From NCBI GenBank assembly GCA_965649825.1, contig OZ287702.1, forward strand, positions 610,786 to 674,785: a stretch of DNA of 64,000 bases, given 5' to 3'. The stretch is from Penicillus capitatus (lineage: Eukaryota; Plantae; Chlorophyta). A program made the position numbers and the translations under genes. Below the pieces are notes generated by a model, which made no database searches, had not been told where the DNA came from, and saw nothing but the letters and a program-made list of their open reading frames with translations. Below, piece by piece: positions 58,005 through 64,000 of this stretch (positions within the stretch are counted from its first letter, which is position 1; the number at the start of each line of letters is the position of its first letter).

Positions 58005-60090
58005 AAAGTCGTGTGGACAATAGTTTTTGTCCGGGTGGTGACCCTATCGTCGGCCCCCGAACTTGGCGCGACGTTGTCCTTTCCCCGCCGGAACCCATCC
58101 AACTCGGCGCGGGCTTGCCAGACTCAACCGGGTCAACACTGACGGGACACCCTCCTCTGAGTCCAGCGCAAGGATCCACCCCTGCGTCGTACATCTCGAT
58201 ATGGTCCAGCTGCACCATGCGCTCCGGGTGGATCCTCACGGTAGACGTGTTCTCCGAAACCTATACCCACCGAAAATTTCCTCTGCACGGACGGAAACGG
58301 TAGGTCGATTTGTACGATGCGACGTAATGATATCATCAATGGCCGCGCGCCCGATCGCCCGCCATACACGCTCGCCGAATACTGAGCGACGGGCCAGACA
58401 ACAGGTGCAGTTCGTCTCCTCGACCGACACAACGCTGCCGCTGTTCTGTCTACTGCTGCTTGCTAACTGTGTGGTTGAAACGGGGGACGTACGCTGTCTG
58501 TGTGTCGTCTGTCGATATGCAGACGCGTTCCGTAAGCTGCATAATCGACAACATCGATTTCGAGTTGCCCCTTTGGCACAACGCGTCTCGATCGAGATAG
58601 GCGATGCAAGTGGCGATTACACCCGGGGATCGCCTGGAAGTACGTTCCTTTCCAAACTGTATGTCTTTGCATGCTGTCGGGGCCACGCGCCGCGGTCGAG
58701 ACCTCTCAAAACCAGGATAGACTTTTCACGATGGGGGCACACATTGCACCGGCATGGATAACACGGTGGCAGGTCCAGTGAAGCAACGAGTGCAGTTCTG
58801 TGTCGGACTCCAAGTCAGTGTGGTTTCCAGTCCGTATCGGGTTCCAGGGTGGATTGCGTTGTTCAGAAGTCTCTTGCCATCCAACAGAATCGATCCGATC
58901 CACTATTGTGTCAATCTGTATGGTGCATGGCAACGAATACAGTGTCTTTGCCTCTTTGTAGGCAGCATAGAAGGAAGTCTATTCGCAACGCGACAAAACC
59001 CGATGCGAATGACAGACAAGATATGTTCGTCTGAGTGGCAGAATGCTGAAACAGCGATGCTATCTCCACTTGCTGAGTTCGTGGGTTCTTCGCCGTCGTG
59101 GCAGTTTAGCTCGACGTGTTGTTCTATCCCTTTTCCTGTTGAGCACATGACGCGGACAGACGTCCATCCTCACTCTCTGACGGCAGCTGGCAGTGGCAGT
59201 GGCCTCTTGCCAGGTTTCAAACGCCATTGGGTACTTGTTGATTGGCTACAGAAGGTGGAGAACGTGGAGGAATCATTTCCTTGCTTGTGCCTTTCTCTGA
59301 AACTCTGGTGTATGCAAGCTGACAGCCGGAATCTCTTCGAGCGTGATGCTCTGTACCTGTCCTGTGTCTCACGAGCGCGTCGTCCGAAGCTGAGAATGAA
59401 GAAAGACGTTCCGCGGGTTGCTGTGCGTGTCCTTCTTCTCTCAGCCTCTGCGGCATTTGTGGACATTCTGAGAGCTTCCGTGATTTGAGCGTCCTGTTAG
59501 CGACTCCATCCTTTACTTCTTGGGCTAAGAAACCGCGAGGGTTCTACCCTCGCACAGGGCATATTGCGTCTTCTGTGCTGCCCTTTCTGTCACATTCTGT
59601 GAACTTCTACGATTTGAGCGTCCTGTTAGCGACTCCATCCTCTACCTCTTGGTTGACAAACCGCGAGGGTTCTACCCTCGCACAGGGCATATTGCGTCTT
59701 CTGTGCTGCCCTTTCTGTCACATTCTGTGAACTTCTACGATTTGAGCGTCCTGTTAGCGACTCCATCCTCTACTTCTTGGGTTAAGAAACCGCGAGGGGT
59801 CTACCCTCGCACAGGGCATATTGCGTCTTCGGTGCTGCCCTTTCTGTCACATTCTGTGACCTTCTACGATTTGAGCGTCCTGTTAGCGACTCCATCCTCT
59901 ACCGTTTGGTGAAGAAACCGCGAGGGTTCTACCCTCGCACAGGGCATATTGGATTAATAAGGACCCTTCATCGCCTGTCTGATTTTGCCAGATGTGGCAC
60001 CTTCTCGCATACGATTCGTCGACAGTCGCTGAGAAACTGCGGCCGAATCAGACACAATATGGATTTATCTAACTTTTCTATGCCGGCAGG
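58005..60090. repeat. Right arm of the long inverted repeat (2086 bp)
   Basis: Inverted copy of 47285-49136. It is longer mainly because of two extra 129-bp units. Confidence 0.95.
59482..59950. repeat. 129-bp tandem array, about 3.65 units, hairpin-rich
   Basis: Units start at 59482, 59611 (128 bp), 59739 and 59868 (partial). Each has GCGAGGGT-TCT-ACCCTCGC (one variant), and full units have TCACA-TTC-TGTGA. Confidence 0.95.
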
Positions 60091-60314
60091 AGTAGTGTTT
60101 CCCAAATAAATACTGGACTGAGAAGATGGCTAAAAGCAAAAGACCATCCATGTCTCCAGATCTTCAGAGGAAACTTCTCGTTTGGCGTCTTGCAAACATA
60201 TGATTACCAGAAACGCTTTCACAGTGTGAAATAACGTGTACGCGACCCGACATAGTATGAACACCTCCGAGACCATGTTTTTCATGATCGATTATGCGGA
60301 TAGCAATCAGATCT

Positions 60315-61819
60315 TTAACAGCAATGTTGACGATTGTTTCCCAATGTTCTCAATCTCAACGCCTGGAGTTTGATGAAGCCCTGGGCATCTTCTTGATTAT
60401 AAAGCCCTTCGTCGTCTTCGAATGACGAAAGCTTTTCATCATAGAGACTGAAACTGCTCTTTCGTCCGACAACAATGACGTTGCCCTTGTAGAGTTTCAC
60501 CCGGACAATGCCAGCAACATACTTCTGCGTCTCGTCGATGGCAGCTTGAAGGGCGATACGTTCCGGAGAGAACCAAAATCCAAAATAGACCAACTCAGCA
60601 TACTTGGGCATCAATTCATCCTTCAAATGCATCTCCCCTAACACAACCCCTTTGACGCATGCACACAGAGAGTGGCCATTGTGGTGGACCTCTGTCCAGA
60701 GTGATGCTTTCCATGGCGCGACGGGCATGGAGAAGAATGGTCCCGCCAGGCGTTTCGTAGACGCCACGCGATTTCATTCCGACGAATCGGCTCTCGACAA
60801 TATCGATTCGGCCGATGCCGTTTCGACCGGCAAGATCATTGAGTTTCGTCAAAATCGTCGCAGGATTCATACGCACGCCATCGATGCTGACAGGATCGCC
60901 CATTTCAAACTCGATATCCACATACGTCGCCGAATCTGGAGCAGCTTCGGGAGAGACCGAACGCGTAAACATGTCCTCCGACGGCTCCACCCATGGATCC
61001 TCAAGAGACAGCCCTGCAACAGCAGACACAGATGACGACCAGACGTCCTGCATCTTCGATGCCTTCGTAAGAGATGTGTAGCAAATTGGCATCTGTCGAG
61101 AACGGAGGTTCGCCTCTCTTGTGCGCCGGCACTCGGATACGATTCTCTTCGGCAAATTGAATCAGCTTCGTGCGACTCGTAAGATCCCATTCCCTCCAAG
61201 GAGCAATGACTTTGATATCGGGCTGTAGAGCATAGTAGCCCAACTCAAATCGAACCTGCATCACAGCCACAGACGGCGTTTTGATCAGATTCGGGCGTCG
61301 CGAGATCGTTACCTGGTCATTGCCTTTGCCTGTGGCACCATGGGCCACTGCGTCTGCCCCGACTTCGCGTGCTATTTCTACTTGTCTTTTGGCGATGAGT
61401 GGACGTGCGATCGAGGTCCCCAAGAGATAAGTGCCCTCGTAGACCGCATTGGCTCGAAAGACCGGGAAGACATAGTCCCGAACGAACTCGTCCTTCAAAT
61501 CTTCGATATAGATCTCACTGGCTCCCATCTTTTCAGCATTCTTTCGTGCCGGTTCGAGTTCCTCTCCTTGGCCCAAATCCGCTGTAAAAGTGACGACCTC
61601 ACAGTCGTAGGTGTTCTGCAGCCACTTGAGAATCACAGATGTGTCCAGACCGCCACTGTATGCCAAGACGACACGATTGACTTCGCGTTTGGCAGTGGCC
61701 GTCGCTTCGATCCTCGCGATCCGACGGATCTTTGTTCGCGGCCGTTTTCGACGCGTATGCGATCGCGTCTTCGGCAGTGCCCGTGCCGATCCGATGCGGA
61801 CGTTGAGGGGAGATAGCAT
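60315..61819 (-). CDS. ASS1: Argininosuccinate synthase with N-terminal transit-peptide-like extension, multi-exon
   Basis: [81 protein letters not shown] and GFWFSPER. Confidence 0.97.
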
Positions 61820-61846
61820 CGATCTTGTGGGCGATCAATACGACAA

Positions 61847-63050
61847 ATGACGATCGCTTGCCGACATGCTTCACTGCGTCGTGTGTTTGTGCCATTCATT
61901 CGACGTCTGGCCTCGAGCGACGAGGAATCGATCGTTACTTCGCTTGGCACGACGACACATATCCCTGCTCCCCACGTCGAGCGGCCAAAAGTCTCACCCC
62001 TGACGGAACTCGGCAGCAAACCCAAAGAGGAGGAAGAGGAGAAGGAAGTGATCACGTTCTTGGGGTCAGGAGAGGCGGAACCGAAAACTGAGAGGCGGAA
62101 ACCACAAGATCGGGTCATTACGTGGCTGGGCGAGAAGCCAGAAGGAATCGATGAAGCATACGACGCAGCGGACACTGTGAGGAAGCTGCGAACAGAGCAG
62201 GCAGAAGAGAAGACGGAACGAAAGAAACGAGCAGCGTCGTATCCTGCCCTCGAAGGACTTCCGATTGAACTGATACCGAAATCCGTACGGCTGCTGCGGC
62301 CGGAAAGTGTAAATGAACCACTCGATCTGCACGAGGCCCTTCGTTGCATCATCGTCGCCTCTATGCATGTTAAAGAACAGTGAGATGGTGTCTGTTTAGG
62401 AGGAGGCCTCGAAAGATTACGACAACACTGTGAGAATCGACATCTGTCTCTCCGTCGACCCGCGCAGGGGCGATCAGTTTGTCAGAGGGTTGTCTGTTCT
62501 GCCGCATGGAACGGGTCGAGCGCCACGGATCGCTGTTTTTGCCGAGGGACATCATGCCCAGGCGGCCAGAGAGGCAAAGGTGGAGATCGTGGGCGGGGCA
62601 GAACTGATTCAGGAGATCCTGGACAGTAAAGGCGCCAATGTCGAGAAGATCGACAAGTGTATTGCCACACCCGCCATGATGGCGGCCGGTATGTCAAAAC
62701 TCGGAAAGATTCTGGGCCCACGTGGACTGATGCCCAATCCTCGTGCTGGCACACTGACGGAGAACATCGAGGAAACGATTAAGAAGCTGCGCCAGGGCCA
62801 GATCGAGTTTCGCATCGATCGGCAGGGGATTCTTCGCGCAACGATCGGCAAAATCAGTTTCGGCATGGAGAAGCTCATGGAAAACTTCATCGTCTACGGT
62901 AGCGATGTCATCCAGGCGCGTCCTGGCGTTTTCCAGAAGAAGCCATTGACAAAGTTCCTCAAACAAATCACGATCTCCACCAATATCGGACGCGGTTTTC
63001 CGATCTCCGTGCCATCCTATGCCGCGCTATTAACCGATAAGGCCTCGTGA
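61847..63050 (+). CDS. MRPL1: Ribosomal protein uL1, probably mitochondrial; 2 exons
   Basis: Arg-rich presequence MTIACRHASLRRVFVPFIRRLAS. An intron at about 62353-62399 joins to DQFVRGLSVLPHGTG, VGGAELI, KLGKILGPRGLMPNPRAGT and GQIEFRIDRQG. Confidence 0.9.
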
Positions 63051-63113
63051 CCTGTCACATCAAGACGTCGATTTGCAGATGGCGTTGTCGTAAGCCGATG
63101 TAAAAACAGTACG

Positions 63114-63995
63114 ATGTGGCACGTCGTCTTGCTCGTGGTCGTGCATTTGAGCCCCGCTCTGTCTATAGAATCGCGCTTCGATGAGTATCTATGGACGAAG
63201 GAGTCGTGGAAAGACTTCAAATTGCACAAGCCGCGTGACCGTTGGCGTGTCGAAGATGCTCCCTCAGCAGCACAGTATATCCATTCCCTAAGACAGCAGT
63301 GCGAATTCATCAGCGCGGACGGCCCCGGGGTGCCAAAACGCGACACAGCCAAAAGCGAAGAGGCATATGCGGACTGGCTGTCGGCCCTCGTCGATCGAGT
63401 CGTTGCCGGGGCAACGGTCTTTGGCAGCGTCTGCGGCTCGGCCGTCGAAGGAGGATTCGAAGCAGTGCTCGGCGATATCTACGAAGACGCTCTGCCCTCA
63501 CTCGGTCGCATTCGGATCCTTGTAGAGGACGTCTGCATTGACACCGTTGATGATATCATCAAGAAGTTCACTCTAAAGAGGGAAGTGCGTCAGGACGGAA
63601 CAGAGGAGTGGAAACTCGAACAGCGCAAGGAGGAGGACGAGGGAAGCTACGGGGAAGAGGTCGAGGCTGCCGAGTTAGCCTGTGACCGATTCATGCACCA
63701 ACGTCGTGGCGAGTTCGTTCATGCATTGCACGAGGCGGCGATCGACATCGATCGAGAGCTCAAGACGCTTGTGGAATGGCAATTGGAACAGGCGCGTGGA
63801 GTGATCGGCACTCGACGAGGGAAGGAAGGAAAGTGTGAGGATATTCATCCAAAGTGTGAGGAGTGGGCAGACAACGGCGAATGCGCACACAATCCATCTT
63901 ACATGCTCAAGATGTGTCGAATCAGCTGCGGCATCTGCGAAGGCGATCCATCCTTTGAAAAGTCATGCATCCGTTTCTGTCTGGCTTCCTCATAG
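63114..63995 (+). CDS. Secreted ShKT-domain protein (may continue beyond the window)
   Basis: Signal peptide MWHVVLLVVVHLSPALS and a six-Cys ShKT motif CEDIHPKCEEWADNGECAHNPSYMLKMCRISCGIC at 63834-63938. Confidence 0.8.
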   Translation: MWHVVLLVVVHLSPALSIESRFDEYLWTKESWKDFKLHKPRDRWRVEDAPSAAQYIHSLRQQCEFISADGPGVPKRDTAKSEEAYADWLSALVDRVVAGATVFGSVCGSAVEGGFEAVLGDIYEDALPSLGRIRILVEDVCIDTVDDIIKKFTLKREVRQDGTEEWKLEQRKEEDEGSYGEEVEAAELACDRFMHQRRGEFVHALHEAAIDIDRELKTLVEWQLEQARGVIGTRRGKEGKCEDIHPKCEEWADNGECAHNPSYMLKMCRISCGICEGDPSFEKSCIRFCLASS

Positions 63996-64000
63996 AGTGA

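Noticed and set aside
59482-59950. CRISPR array
   Set aside because: Units are 129 bp and nearly identical throughout, with no unique spacers, no cas genes, and a eukaryotic context.
59482-59950. Hammerhead, HDV-like or twister ribozyme in the repeat unit
   Set aside because: No CUGANGA core paired with GAAA on either strand; the CCUCGC and UAAC resemblances lack the required P1/P2 pairings.
47270-60105. Whole inverted-repeat cassette as a proven composite transposon
   Set aside because: No target-site duplication at the outer ends or around either arm, and no transposase. Kept only as a hypothesis.
1-64000. tRNA, rRNA or snRNA genes
   Set aside because: No cloverleaf with T-loop/D-loop consensus or rRNA-like conserved segments seen by eye; a tRNAscan-SE/Infernal run would be needed to exclude them.

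Overview
This is eukaryotic nuclear DNA, most likely from a compact-genome green alga (chlorophyte). Support: short 45-65 nt spliceosomal introns, a BSU1-like Kelch phosphatase, a GRXS17-like glutaredoxin, a chlorophyte-type bZIP and a transit-peptide-bearing argininosuccinate synthase. TAA and TAG are used as stops, so the genetic code is standard. Housekeeping blocks (EMC8/9, EEF1AKMT2, SHIPPO-repeat gene, bZIP, BSL, GRXS17, ASS, MRPL1, ShKT protein) alternate with two expanded families. The first is three 5-6 kb genes encoding signal peptide + parallel beta-helix (PMP/pectin-lyase-like) repeats + Cys-rich region + multi-pass membrane domain. The second is four intronless F-box-like/LRR paralogs (three in tandem, one inverted pseudogene) that show all four combinations of two N-terminal types and two LRR types. 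The third receptor-like gene sits inside a pair of ~2 kb inverted repeats that carry a variable-copy 129-bp hairpin-rich tandem array. Also present are two solo LTRs of one family with 5-bp TSDs, a fossil LINE RT fragment, and a diverged direct repeat bracketing the pseudogene. I found no rRNA, tRNA or CRISPR array. Gene models were spliced by eye, so some 5' exons are tentative, and identity figures are manual estimates.
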